Assembly: GCA_000002435.2 (NCBI GenBank)
Contig: CM018790.1
Source of the DNA: Giardia intestinalis
Lineage: Eukaryota
Length of the DNA: 64,000 nucleotides
Reading direction: 5' to 3' (one strand)
Shown: one piece after another, positions 40,063-49,542 of the stretch
Layout: each line of letters begins with the position of its first letter
Numbering within the stretch: position 1 is the stretch's first letter
Made by a program: the position numbers and the translations under genes
Notes under the pieces: generated by a model
Database searches by the model: none
What the model saw: only the letters and a program-made list of their open reading frames with translations
What the model was told of the DNA's origin: nothing

Positions 40063-40533
40063 ATGAGCACACAGGACGCATGGCCTCCGGTCTACTACGA
40101 CTTTCGGCGTTACGGCCTTTCGTTCCATAAGATGAAGACGCCGCGCATAGAGCATCTGGTGGAGCTGTGTGACCACTACCTGGAATGTCTTAAGAGGTAT
40201 GAGGACACCTTTTCTCCCACCAGAACGCGTGCACAAGTGGCAGTTCGACAGACAATCAACGTAATACGTGGCATAGCGCTGCGGCTGATCTCTGTGTCTA
40301 AGACAGCCTCTCTACAGAACAGTGAGAAGTCCCAGGCCGACTATGAGCTTGAAGTGCTTCAAGCGGCAGATTTACCTACGGACCCTGAGCGTACGCCTGA
40401 GAGCATGAAGCAACAACTCCTCGACCTGGAGACGGCATACGTCCTTCGGCTTGACACTGTGGCCTCACTCAAAAGGCGCATAGCCATGCTTGAAGAGTCG
40501 CTGGATCCAGCAATAAGCAAGCACCTATTTTAG
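40063..40533 (+). CDS. hypothetical protein, 156 aa
   Basis: ATG at 40063 preceded by gatataaaataa. Its 3' end overlaps the convergent gene by 9 nt. No family recognised. Confidence 0.4.
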   Translation: MSTQDAWPPVYYDFRRYGLSFHKMKTPRIEHLVELCDHYLECLKRYEDTFSPTRTRAQVAVRQTINVIRGIALRLISVSKTASLQNSEKSQADYELEVLQAADLPTDPERTPESMKQQLLDLETAYVLRLDTVASLKRRIAMLEESLDPAISKHLF

Positions 40534-41886
40534 TGGGGCATAGGGCTTTATGTCTATCGTCTTATAGCGACGTATTAATTGCGCAACTTCATCGGGGTCA
40601 TCACCGTCTTTTTGGCTCTTCTTCTCCATCTCCGAATAATAATCTAGCCCTTCTAGTATTCGTCCTCGGCGGTCCATGTCTGCCAATAGCTGTGCAGGCT
40701 TGAGGTTAAACTTCTCAGGATTTGTCAGAAAAGGTGCACTTGCAGGTCTCGTGGCACGCTCGGGCATGCCGTGGTCACTTTTCTGTATAGTATGTGCGGT
40801 GTTCCTTATGGTAGCTGCGAGGTTAGGATCGTTCTTGAGGCGCTCCCGAGTGTCTGAAGCCAGGAGACTATGCAGATCCCTTTCTATGGCAGTGTCTGGG
40901 GCCTCCTTGCGCACAGAAGAGGTGTGGGGGATGCCGTGTCGACAGCAGTATATTAGCTCGTTTATTTTGAGATAAATGGTGTCATTGGGCTGAAGACGCA
41001 TGATCATGGCAAGCTTTTCTGCTTTGTAAGCATAAAGTTCTGCGTCCCGCTTGCAATTTGTAAATAACAAAACCCGTGATATCAAGTAGTATGTGTTCAG
41101 AAGCCATAACACACGCTCCTGCTGCTCCCAAGAAGGCTCCCCGCTGTCTGCTCGAGAAGCTTTTAGAAGCTGTCGATACACTCTGGCAGCCTTGTCTAGA
41201 AGGCCCAATGCCTTCGTAAAGGTTGCCCTGCTTCCATTGTCAGCACAAATCATACATTCTGCTAGCAGCACAGATGCTCGGGCATGGTCATCTGTTTCGG
41301 GAAAGCATGCTTCCAATCGCCGGTGAACAAATTTTGCATGTATGAGTGCCTCCACAGGCTTTCGAAGTTGGATGTAGCAGCACGACAGAGTGGTGTGAAG
41401 CCCCGCAAGAATAATACTCACATCCCTTGTGATGCTCGCCCGCTCCTCCTCGGATCCTGCTGTATATGTTATGGTAGTAGACATAGCATGCTGTACCCCC
41501 TTCTCTAGATGAGAGATGCCCTCTGAATAACTCCCCAGCTGCAAGTGGCACTTGCCGATACAATTAGCCAAAAACGCAGTTTGGAGTCGCGTTGTAGCGT
41601 TGAGTGTGCGTTGTAGAAGCCTTCGTGCAGTCATGTATTCGCCAAGACTCGCAGTCCACTGTTGCTGCCTGTACAGGATGCTTCCGTTCAGTGTATGTAA
41701 TGATGCCAGCAGCAAGACAGGACCGTTAGAATCTCTGCACTCATATGGATGGCCCCTGGCTCTGCCCGTGGGATGTAGCTCACTGCAGACCCTATAGGCT
41801 TCTTCTAGACCAGATTGCAAGCTTTTACTTGCGGCCTCGTAGTTCTCCTCCTTGGCTGCCAATAACGCCGATGCATACTCATCCAT
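40525..41886 (-). CDS. TPR-like helical repeat protein, 453 aa
   Basis: ATG at 41886. Repeated alpha-helical motifs with A/L/Y spacing typical of TPR (YKAEKLAMIMRLQPNDTIYLKINELIYCC...). Confidence 0.5.
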   Translation of the reverse strand: MDEYASALLAAKEENYEAASKSLQSGLEEAYRVCSELHPTGRARGHPYECRDSNGPVLLLASLHTLNGSILYRQQQWTASLGEYMTARRLLQRTLNATTRLQTAFLANCIGKCHLQLGSYSEGISHLEKGVQHAMSTTITYTAGSEEERASITRDVSIILAGLHTTLSCCYIQLRKPVEALIHAKFVHRRLEACFPETDDHARASVLLAECMICADNGSRATFTKALGLLDKAARVYRQLLKASRADSGEPSWEQQERVLWLLNTYYLISRVLLFTNCKRDAELYAYKAEKLAMIMRLQPNDTIYLKINELIYCCRHGIPHTSSVRKEAPDTAIERDLHSLLASDTRERLKNDPNLAATIRNTAHTIQKSDHGMPERATRPASAPFLTNPEKFNLKPAQLLADMDRRGRILEGLDYYSEMEKKSQKDGDDPDEVAQLIRRYKTIDIKPYAPLK

Positions 41887-42351
41887 AAGTGATTGCTATG
41901 CTGTGAACTGGTCAGACAAAGCGCTAACTCAGGGGTTGTGGTACAGTTTTTTAGTTCCAGCGCAATGCATGTCATTACGTACACACTTCCTACCTTCGGG
42001 AGCGTGGAGTGCCACCTTGCAGACACGGAGTACTTGCATGATATAATAGTGAATCTAAAGTATGTCCTTTCGCATACTTGTACCGTGTATGCAAACAGGG
42101 CGCGTAGTAATGAGAGCTATCTGTTGGGGGCGGAGGCTCTGCTCCTCCCTGCCGTAAGCTTCGTCATATGCGGATCAATCCTGTTGACGTGTACCCTTGA
42201 GCCACCTATGCTCAACTCAACCAGCGTGGTTGATGACACTCATGTTATCGAGTCCGCATTCATCTGCAGGATTCAGGCAAGACGGGCAACTGCGGAGGAG
42301 CTGCTGTCTGGAGGAAAGCTGATGCATCCGTAACTCCACAGCAGAGGATGT

Positions 42352-45300
42352 TCACTGATAAGGTTCATGGCATAAAGGGCAAACACTTAGGTGCGTCTTA
42401 CCCATGGTGGCCAATGAGCGACACATCTGACACAGCACTGTTTTGTCCATTTTGTCCGACTTAATTGGCTGCCCCGTACGGACACAAATGGGTGTTTGCC
42501 AGTGACACTTTTCACACATTCCGCAGTACGGTGGAAGAAGTGTATTGCAGTGACCACAGTTTATCTGATAGTTGTCCTTTCGCTTGCTCGGGACAGATGT
42601 GATATTGTATTCGCTGTATATTAGCACAGACATCTGCTCCAGCTGATCCCGCTCAGACGCCGGGAGCTCTGTGTCTGCTTCGATAAGTTCCAGCAAGTTG
42701 GATGCCAATTCAAAATCACCAAATAACAACGCTGCCTGTGCTGCAATTGGCAGGGCTATGCGGCTTAGGTACTGGATACACGGATCAGCAGAGCTCTGAG
42801 AGTCGTTTGTGCGGTGGTAGTAGTTTGCTGCCTCTATAGCAGGCCAAAGGGCCTGTTCGGGATTGCCTATGTAAAGCATGTACGACGAAAGTACTATGAA
42901 TCTGGTTTGCCTGGCGATGCGCCATATGACAGGGACTGAGCGCAGACGCGACTGGGCGTTCTCGAGCTCATGCTCCAAGGAGCTAGCTTCTTTACCAGTA
43001 TTCTTCGCCTTCACGTCATGGACAGCCTTGGAGTTGTCATCCTCATTAATAAATGTGTCTATCGCAGCATTGGTGGCCTGCTCAGTCAACATGCAATCGG
43101 GCGCTGCAGACGCATGTGCTTGTAGATTCTTTTTTGCTTGCTCTCGCTGCACATAGGTGGCTTCTTTACCAGCTAGGACTATAATGCGACGCAGCTTGCT
43201 AAAAAGGCCCGGTGGCATGGGAAATGTTCTATTGACAAAGATCGTCTGAAGCTCTTTTAATACCAAGTTGATAATCACTGCCGCAATGACCTCCCCCTGT
43301 TTGGTTTTGCGCAGCAACTCTAACGCCCCTTGGTCGTCACCAGCAGCAAGCAACTGCTTTAAGTAGACGGATAGTTCACGATCTATAATGTGTAGAATAT
43401 TGTGCTTTCCGGCTATGGCAGCCGCTATGTCAAACCGTTTGAGCTGCAATGATATGTGGACGGCGCTGTGAGGGTCGTTAACGCGCACAAGAGCTTCAGA
43501 CGCACCCTCTACGTCTCCGAGCCTCGCCAGCATGACAGCCACCTTGGCAATGCAGTTTGCAAATTCATCCACAGGAAGAGAAACCGCTAGCGCCTTAAGC
43601 TCTGCGTATCTTCGTGCAGCAAACAAACTTTCAGCATAAAGATAGGGATCTCCGGACTTCTGAAGAAAGTCACTAGCAATTGCATACTGTTGCTGGCGCA
43701 TGTAGTATAGCCCAATCGACTTGTGCGCTTTTTCGAGAAGCTTGTCGTCTATGAGGAGATTGCCACCTGGAGTGCGGGATAGCTTCGCTGCCCTTATAAT
43801 GGATAGCCACATTTGTAGGTCTGTCTGCGTCTTGACTATCAAGTCAGGACGTCCCAGAACCTGTTTGTATACGTGTTCTGCAGAGCTGAAGTTTCCGATG
43901 AGCATAAGCATTTCAGCACGCCTCTGATCTTGCGACTGCAGCCGTAGGAGCGACTCACAAAAGTTGTATGAGACATAGTCCCCTGCACGAATGTAGAAGT
44001 AGCTTGCTACCTCAAGACGCAAAGTAATTAAGCTGGCCTCCGCCACTATCCGGTAAAGGTGAACGGAGGGATGACTCTTCACGTACTCAACTGCTCCAGC
44101 CAGGTTGATAGATATCTGGCCGTCTTTACTATAGAGAGCCTGGCTGGTTTGTGTACTTGGCTGGCTTGAGTTGCTGGCCGTGACGTCTAGGCCCGAATCA
44201 ACCATATCCCCCACAGGTTGCTGGCCCCGCACGGGTTTGATGGCGATTGTCTTCGGAGCGACTGAGTCGAAGAGAGAGCTGGGGACGCCCGACTTAGAGT
44301 CACTTGTTAGTGATATCATGTTCTTGTTGAGGCAGCCTCTGTTCAGTGCAGCATCGACCAGGGGATTAAAGGACTCCGGTGCTTGCTGCTGTCCAAAGAT
44401 AATCTCTTGTAGCTCCCGCAACATCTGCGTTTCTAAGACGTAGTAGGCATGATCGAGAGACGAAATATTGTGTGAGACCTCATCCAGGTATGATGCAATT
44501 ATTGACAGCCCTGAGAACCCTATGATATGGGCAGAGGTTTGAATCGAGTCCTCTCTTGTCTGCGTATCAAGGTGGAAAACAATTACCTTGTACTGAGAAG
44601 AGACGGCGACGAGGTTGGGGTCCTCTGGGCTAAAGACAAGACCCCAGATTCCAATTAGTTCTGGCGAATAAGGTGGAATCGTAGACACACCTCCTGATCT
44701 GGCCTGAGCAGAGTCCTGAAGAAGCTCTCCTGAGCTCACATTGACATTTTTGAGAACGCTATTCTTAATGACGTATGGGGCGCTTTCTGTCTCCACAACA
44801 GAGTCCTGTCCAAAGCCCAGCGCAGCTGCAGTATCCGCATCTGTGTCCAATAGTGTAAGATGGGCCTGAGCCTGTGGTGGTTTAGGAGCTGGTTGTTGTT
44901 TTTGTTGCTGTTGCTCTGCGGGATTGTGATGGGCATAAAGAAACTCTGAATAGTATGACTGAGTGTAGTAAAAAACAAGGGATCCATCTTCGTGAAGACA
45001 TGCCAATACCGTTCCGTTGCAATTTGTTTGCATGTATTCCTGGTTGGGCTTTATGGTCATTGTTTCTAAAAGCGTAAGAGAAGGGAGGGAGTATCGTTGG
45101 ACTCTCTCATCCTGACGAGCGACGAAGAGGGCCACATCACAGCAGGCAACTCCCACTATCGGATTGTTGACCGTTAGTCGAGCAACTGTCAGCTCACGGT
45201 CTTGTGCTAACGGGTAAGAATCAGCATGCCATTCATAGACGTACGACACGTTTTCAGCATCAACCAAGCCTATCGCTTCATTGGCAAGACCCCGTATATC

Positions 45301-46974
45301 GACTACAGAAATACGACTGGAGCTGGCGCAAACAAGATAGTTCCCAGACCCTGCAGTGTAAAACGGGACGTAGGGGAGATCTATCGAGAAGATCGGGGCA
45401 CATACACTTGTATAAAAGCAGATATGCGTGTGATGTTTCCGCGTGCCACTGGTGTTCGTTTTGAGAGTTAGAATCGCAATGTAGCTCTTGCATCCTACAA
45501 CTGCGATCATCCGTGCCGGCCATCGCTGATAAGGAGCCTGCAAACCGGGCTTCCAGAAGAGTACACACTCGTTACACCGTGCACGATCCAGGATACGCTC
45601 CTCAAAACTAGAGATCGCCGAGCTAGGTGCCTCTTCTGCTGTCTTCTTGCTGAACAAGGCGCCTACATTCATTGGGGGCCGCTGAGTATCGTCTACAAAG
45701 CTTGCTGTGCTTAGAATGGTTGAGGTATAGTTGCTCATAGTAAATGCCATAGTCCCGTCATTCATAAGATAGTGATTGTAGGACGGACGCACCGTGGCGA
45801 TGTATATATTCTTGCCCGCTGCTAACACTAGACGGAGTCCCGTAGAGTCCCAAGAGGAGGAGGTAGCCACTCTTTCTGGCAATCTTAGCCGTGAAATAGT
45901 GGCCAGATCTGCAGTTCTATAGACTACAACAATTGCGGTGTGCTTAGTACTATCTCCAGAGACACCCTGGTTACCTCTAAGCTGATGCAAACCGAAGTTA
46001 GAGTCAGAAGATTGCACAGAACCTGTAATACAGAGCATGTGACTTCCTGGAGACAACTGGACATTAACTGGTATAATCTCGGTTGAAACAGAAGATAGGA
46101 GCTCCCCTGTTAGTACAGAGTAGACGCAGAGCATCCCATTTGAAGTAACGGCGATCAGTGTCATGGAGTCCCCGGAGAAGGAGTTGATCTTAATTTGCGG
46201 CATAGAAGAGCCATTGCATGCAGGATCGCGTGATGGACTCAGAGCCGTGAGCTGAGCAGACTCTGACGAGTGCCCCCAGCAACCATGAACGAAGTGGTTA
46301 TCGCTATTTGTTGCCAGCAATGGAGAGACGCTCCAGACCTCCTCTCCACTGAAATTATAGCAGCAAATAGCGTTTCCCCACGCCAATATAAACACTTCGA
46401 TGGCGTTACTAGCAATTAGCCCAAACTTGGGGGCAGAGCCCTTGTTGATGGTGCCATTGTAAATCCTGTGCCCTGAAGCAGTACCGAGCATCACCAGACC
46501 ATTAACGTAGACCATCAGAATGCGGCTAGCATCCGGGGACCAAGTTGTTGTTACAACTGCTGCTCGATTTGAGTCATTGACCAGATTCCGCACCCACTTC
46601 CCCGTGTCTGTAGAGGAGATAAACACGAGCCCTCGGTTATCGCTTGTTGCTAGTTTTGTTTCTTTCTCATTCCACGCGATGCTTGTTATAAGTGCGTTAT
46701 CGTGAAGGCTGAGCTTCTTATCCATGAGAATCCTTACGTTGCGAGTAGACGTGCGCAGATCAGAGATATTATAGCCCTGCTCCGATAACGAATTGAAGTC
46801 TAGAAGCAGGATGCGAATAGACCCCGTCTGCCCTCCAGCAGCTATATAGTTCTCAGTCTTGTTCCAGGCAACCAGAACGACTTCCTCGCCTGTGTCAGTG
46901 AACTCTAAACACTTTAGAATGAAGGCGGTGGAGGGCATTAGCGCTGGTAATTTGCAAGAGAAATTAAAAAACAT
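42352..46974 (-). CDS. WD40 beta-propeller / TPR alpha-solenoid / C-terminal Cys-His zinc-finger protein, IFT-A-like (IFT140/IFT122 family candidate; HOPS/CORVET-like architecture not excluded)
   Basis: N-terminal WD-like repeats (VVLVAWNKTENYIAAGGQTGSIRIL...ITSIAWNEKETKLATSDNRGLVFIS). Central TPR-like region. C-terminus CGHCNTLLPPYCGMCEKCH...CQMCRSL...VCPLCHEPYQ. There is an internal polyQ/Pro insert (EQQQQKQQPAPKPPQAQ). Confidence 0.55.
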   Translation of the reverse strand: MFFNFSCKLPALMPSTAFILKCLEFTDTGEEVVLVAWNKTENYIAAGGQTGSIRILLLDFNSLSEQGYNISDLRTSTRNVRILMDKKLSLHDNALITSIAWNEKETKLATSDNRGLVFISSTDTGKWVRNLVNDSNRAAVVTTTWSPDASRILMVYVNGLVMLGTASGHRIYNGTINKGSAPKFGLIASNAIEVFILAWGNAICCYNFSGEEVWSVSPLLATNSDNHFVHGCWGHSSESAQLTALSPSRDPACNGSSMPQIKINSFSGDSMTLIAVTSNGMLCVYSVLTGELLSSVSTEIIPVNVQLSPGSHMLCITGSVQSSDSNFGLHQLRGNQGVSGDSTKHTAIVVVYRTADLATISRLRLPERVATSSSWDSTGLRLVLAAGKNIYIATVRPSYNHYLMNDGTMAFTMSNYTSTILSTASFVDDTQRPPMNVGALFSKKTAEEAPSSAISSFEERILDRARCNECVLFWKPGLQAPYQRWPARMIAVVGCKSYIAILTLKTNTSGTRKHHTHICFYTSVCAPIFSIDLPYVPFYTAGSGNYLVCASSSRISVVDIRGLANEAIGLVDAENVSYVYEWHADSYPLAQDRELTVARLTVNNPIVGVACCDVALFVARQDERVQRYSLPSLTLLETMTIKPNQEYMQTNCNGTVLACLHEDGSLVFYYTQSYYSEFLYAHHNPAEQQQQKQQPAPKPPQAQAHLTLLDTDADTAAALGFGQDSVVETESAPYVIKNSVLKNVNVSSGELLQDSAQARSGGVSTIPPYSPELIGIWGLVFSPEDPNLVAVSSQYKVIVFHLDTQTREDSIQTSAHIIGFSGLSIIASYLDEVSHNISSLDHAYYVLETQMLRELQEIIFGQQQAPESFNPLVDAALNRGCLNKNMISLTSDSKSGVPSSLFDSVAPKTIAIKPVRGQQPVGDMVDSGLDVTASNSSQPSTQTSQALYSKDGQISINLAGAVEYVKSHPSVHLYRIVAEASLITLRLEVASYFYIRAGDYVSYNFCESLLRLQSQDQRRAEMLMLIGNFSSAEHVYKQVLGRPDLIVKTQTDLQMWLSIIRAAKLSRTPGGNLLIDDKLLEKAHKSIGLYYMRQQQYAIASDFLQKSGDPYLYAESLFAARRYAELKALAVSLPVDEFANCIAKVAVMLARLGDVEGASEALVRVNDPHSAVHISLQLKRFDIAAAIAGKHNILHIIDRELSVYLKQLLAAGDDQGALELLRKTKQGEVIAAVIINLVLKELQTIFVNRTFPMPPGLFSKLRRIIVLAGKEATYVQREQAKKNLQAHASAAPDCMLTEQATNAAIDTFINEDDNSKAVHDVKAKNTGKEASSLEHELENAQSRLRSVPVIWRIARQTRFIVLSSYMLYIGNPEQALWPAIEAANYYHRTNDSQSSADPCIQYLSRIALPIAAQAALLFGDFELASNLLELIEADTELPASERDQLEQMSVLIYSEYNITSVPSKRKDNYQINCGHCNTLLPPYCGMCEKCHWQTPICVRTGQPIKSDKMDKTVLCQMCRSLATMGKTHLSVCPLCHEPYQ

Positions 46975-47065
46975 GAAAAGAAATCAGCTCACCAGAATTC
47001 AATCTATCCTAAAATTGTGCACTTCTTACAATTAGAATAATATAATAAATAATAGATTTAATCAG

Positions 47066-48931
47066 TCATACCCTATTAATTCGTTCATCTTCCCCTTCGC
47101 TCACAGGAAGAAAGATTGCAGAGGCGCTACAGAGATCGTCTTCGATCTCTCCATCCTCCTCACTGGGGTCAAACTGGGGCGGTAGGAGCTCTGTGGGAAC
47201 TCCCCGGGCAACAAGCTCGTCGATAACAAGGCGAGGTCCAGAGTAAGCACAGACATCCTGGGGAGTCACAGAGCCATAGTATTCGTTGCCAGCGTCTCCC
47301 ATATATGAAGTAATGGACCCTGCTTCTGAATACTCCTCGGAAGCGCTAAGAGCTGCATCGGTGTTCGACAACAACCGATGATGTCTGTGGGTTTCACGGC
47401 CCGCAAGGATCTGATGCATATTGCGATCGTGTAGGATGTTTGCTTGCGAGATCATGCTAGAATTGGACGAGTCCACCACAAGTGATGGCGTCACCATAGA
47501 CGGATAACCCTGCTCTATCTCCTCATCAGTAGTGCTTACTAAGCTTGCAACAGATGTAGAGGTTATTGCACGAAGTTTGGTAGAAGCCGGTGTCTCTGTG
47601 CTGCCATCAGTGCCCTTAACGGATGGAACTGACATAGTGCCTCGTGACAGGTAGTCTGTCAGTAGCAACGTTTTAGAACAAGGATGCTCGTTCTCCCTTT
47701 CTTTCACAGCGCTTGGAGCCTGGTCTGTCGGCCACTCGACTTGGGGCATTATAGGTGTGCGTCTGCCGTTACTGACTGGAATGTCATTTTTGTTGTGCTG
47801 ATTGTTTTTGTCACGAGCTGTGTGGGACTCTTGGTTCGAGCCATACGTAGAGAGAGAAACCCTGCTAGTGAAGATGTGAGTGATTTGTTGCAGCGTTTGC
47901 TTTCCTGTTTGTGTGCTGCCCCCAATGGCTGAGAATTGTGGCTCATGTACCATACTTGCTATTCGCCGGTGCATTATAGCGCCATCCCGGAGGGTGGGGT
48001 GCTTTATAGTGTGTGTAGCCGACCCTAGACTCGTGTACCCCTGGTCATAGAGAGTACAGTAGTGTATGCGGAACCTCTTGAGAAAGTCCCAAACATCGAC
48101 ATAAGACCAGTACAGTATGGGGCACACCCTCATGAACTGCGGCCACGAGGGAGAGCAGTGGGAAAAGATGGTTGTCTTCCCATTAGGGTCTGTAGACCGG
48201 ACGCCCATGAAGACCGCGTCTGAGTGATAGTCGTTATAGAAGTTGACAATGCAGTTCTTGAAGCTCGTGCCCAAATACACCACTGTCCCTAGGTTCTGTT
48301 CGTGATCTATGAGACACATAAACTTCATCACCTGCTTTATCTGAACCTCATTGTGAACGTAGAAGAAAATAAACCGCGAACGAAGCAATTCATGGGGGGT
48401 GATGCTTTCAAAATCTGAGTTTTCCTCTATGACCGCCTGAAGACAGGCTGCACGGATTAGGTACAGAACAACGGTATTGTCCTTTCCTCCGTTGAAGCTA
48501 AATGCCAGTCGTCGGTATTGGCGCATGGCCGCACGAATGACCACAAGGGCTTGGTATATCTTCTGCGCAAACTGAAGCTCTAGGGAATCATTAACCAGAG
48601 GTGTCTCAGTTGATTCAGTGGAGGATGGATTGAGGCGCACGTCATTATTATCAGCCATATGTCTAATTTCATTAGGAGGCCGCACAGGGTTAAGGTCACT
48701 CGTTTGGCGTGGGTTGTTGCTGGCACTAATGGTGGCAGATTGTGGCGATTCTTGGTCACCAGTGGGGCCATTAGTGAAATTGGCCGCCTTCTGGGCAAAT
48801 TCAAGGATACTCTTACACTCGGGGAACCACTCGGAACCCTTGGGAATAACGGAGTCTGGGTTCAAAAGGATAGCCTCTTCCTTCCGCGGGGGTGAAAAGA
48901 GAAACTCGGGATAGGTATGATGAGTGCTCAT
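47066..48931 (-). CDS. FAD synthase (FMN adenylyltransferase, PAPS-reductase-like fold) with a long Ser/Thr-rich C-terminal extension
   Basis: PP-loop FSFNGGKDNTVVLYL. GVRSTDPNGK, WPQFMRVCPILYWSYVDVWDFL, YCTLYDQGYTSLGS match yeast FAD1 (SFSYNGGKDC, IGIRHTDPFGE, HWDLTNIWSFL, CGLYGKGFTSIGG). Confidence 0.75.
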   Translation of the reverse strand: MSTHHTYPEFLFSPPRKEEAILLNPDSVIPKGSEWFPECKSILEFAQKAANFTNGPTGDQESPQSATISASNNPRQTSDLNPVRPPNEIRHMADNNDVRLNPSSTESTETPLVNDSLELQFAQKIYQALVVIRAAMRQYRRLAFSFNGGKDNTVVLYLIRAACLQAVIEENSDFESITPHELLRSRFIFFYVHNEVQIKQVMKFMCLIDHEQNLGTVVYLGTSFKNCIVNFYNDYHSDAVFMGVRSTDPNGKTTIFSHCSPSWPQFMRVCPILYWSYVDVWDFLKRFRIHYCTLYDQGYTSLGSATHTIKHPTLRDGAIMHRRIASMVHEPQFSAIGGSTQTGKQTLQQITHIFTSRVSLSTYGSNQESHTARDKNNQHNKNDIPVSNGRRTPIMPQVEWPTDQAPSAVKERENEHPCSKTLLLTDYLSRGTMSVPSVKGTDGSTETPASTKLRAITSTSVASLVSTTDEEIEQGYPSMVTPSLVVDSSNSSMISQANILHDRNMHQILAGRETHRHHRLLSNTDAALSASEEYSEAGSITSYMGDAGNEYYGSVTPQDVCAYSGPRLVIDELVARGVPTELLPPQFDPSEEDGEIEDDLCSASAIFLPVSEGEDERINRV

Positions 48932-48981
48932 AAAATTAAGTTAAAACAAAGCACGGGACGTGCGGAAGCAACCGTCTGCTA

Positions 48982-49542
48982 ATGGACGTGAACACGCAGA
49001 CATGTGCCCACGCAATCCTCTTCTCGGATCTTGATGACCTGTTTTGGGAAACTGCCACCGAGAACGAGGCTATTTGTCAGACAGACCCTTTTCAGGTTGC
49101 GACCTGGACGGATACACACCTGGATACGGGTGCCAACACACCAGATCTATCTGCTAGTGCTCCACAGCTGCACCGCAACACCCGTAGTACGCCCCTGGAG
49201 CTCAGGTTGAAGGTCGTCCAGCTCCGAGAGCAGCAGTCCCTACCGTTCTCCACGATTTCCTCAATGTTGGCAATGCCTCTGACAACCGTGAAGTCCATAT
49301 GGCAGACGTACCGGCGGGAGGGGCGTGTGAAGCCACTCCAGGGAGGGGGCTGGAACCAGCGGCCAGACCGCATGACAGTCGACGCCCGGGTTTCGGGGCC
49401 TGTCCAAGCCCGGATTCTTGAGCTCCGCGCCGCGCACGCCTCGCTCCGGGCCATCTCGGACAGCGTCTGGCGCGAGTACGGGGTCCGGGTCTCGCGGTCG
49501 GCGTGCGGGGCGTTGCTCCAACGGCTGAAGACCCGTGAGTAA
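48982..49542 (+). mobile_element. truncated Tc1/mariner(IS630)-type transposase: N-terminal bipartite HTH (paired-like) DNA-binding domain only, no DDE domain
   Basis: 186-aa ORF. Residues about 68-186 (LELRLKVVQLREQQSLPFSTISSMLAMPLTTVKSIWQTYRREGRV...GGGWNQRPDRMTVDARVSGPVQARILELRAAHASLRAISDSVWREYGVRVSRSACGALLQRLK) align position-by-position with the Sleeping Beauty/Tc1 N-terminus (ISQDLRKKIVDLHKSGSSLGAISKRLKVPRSSVQTIVRKYKHHGTT...SGRRRYLSPRDERTLVRKVQINPRTTAKDLVKMLEETGTKVSISTVKRVLYRHNL). It ends abruptly after the DBD. Local GC is 65-70% against about 49% background. Confidence 0.5.
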
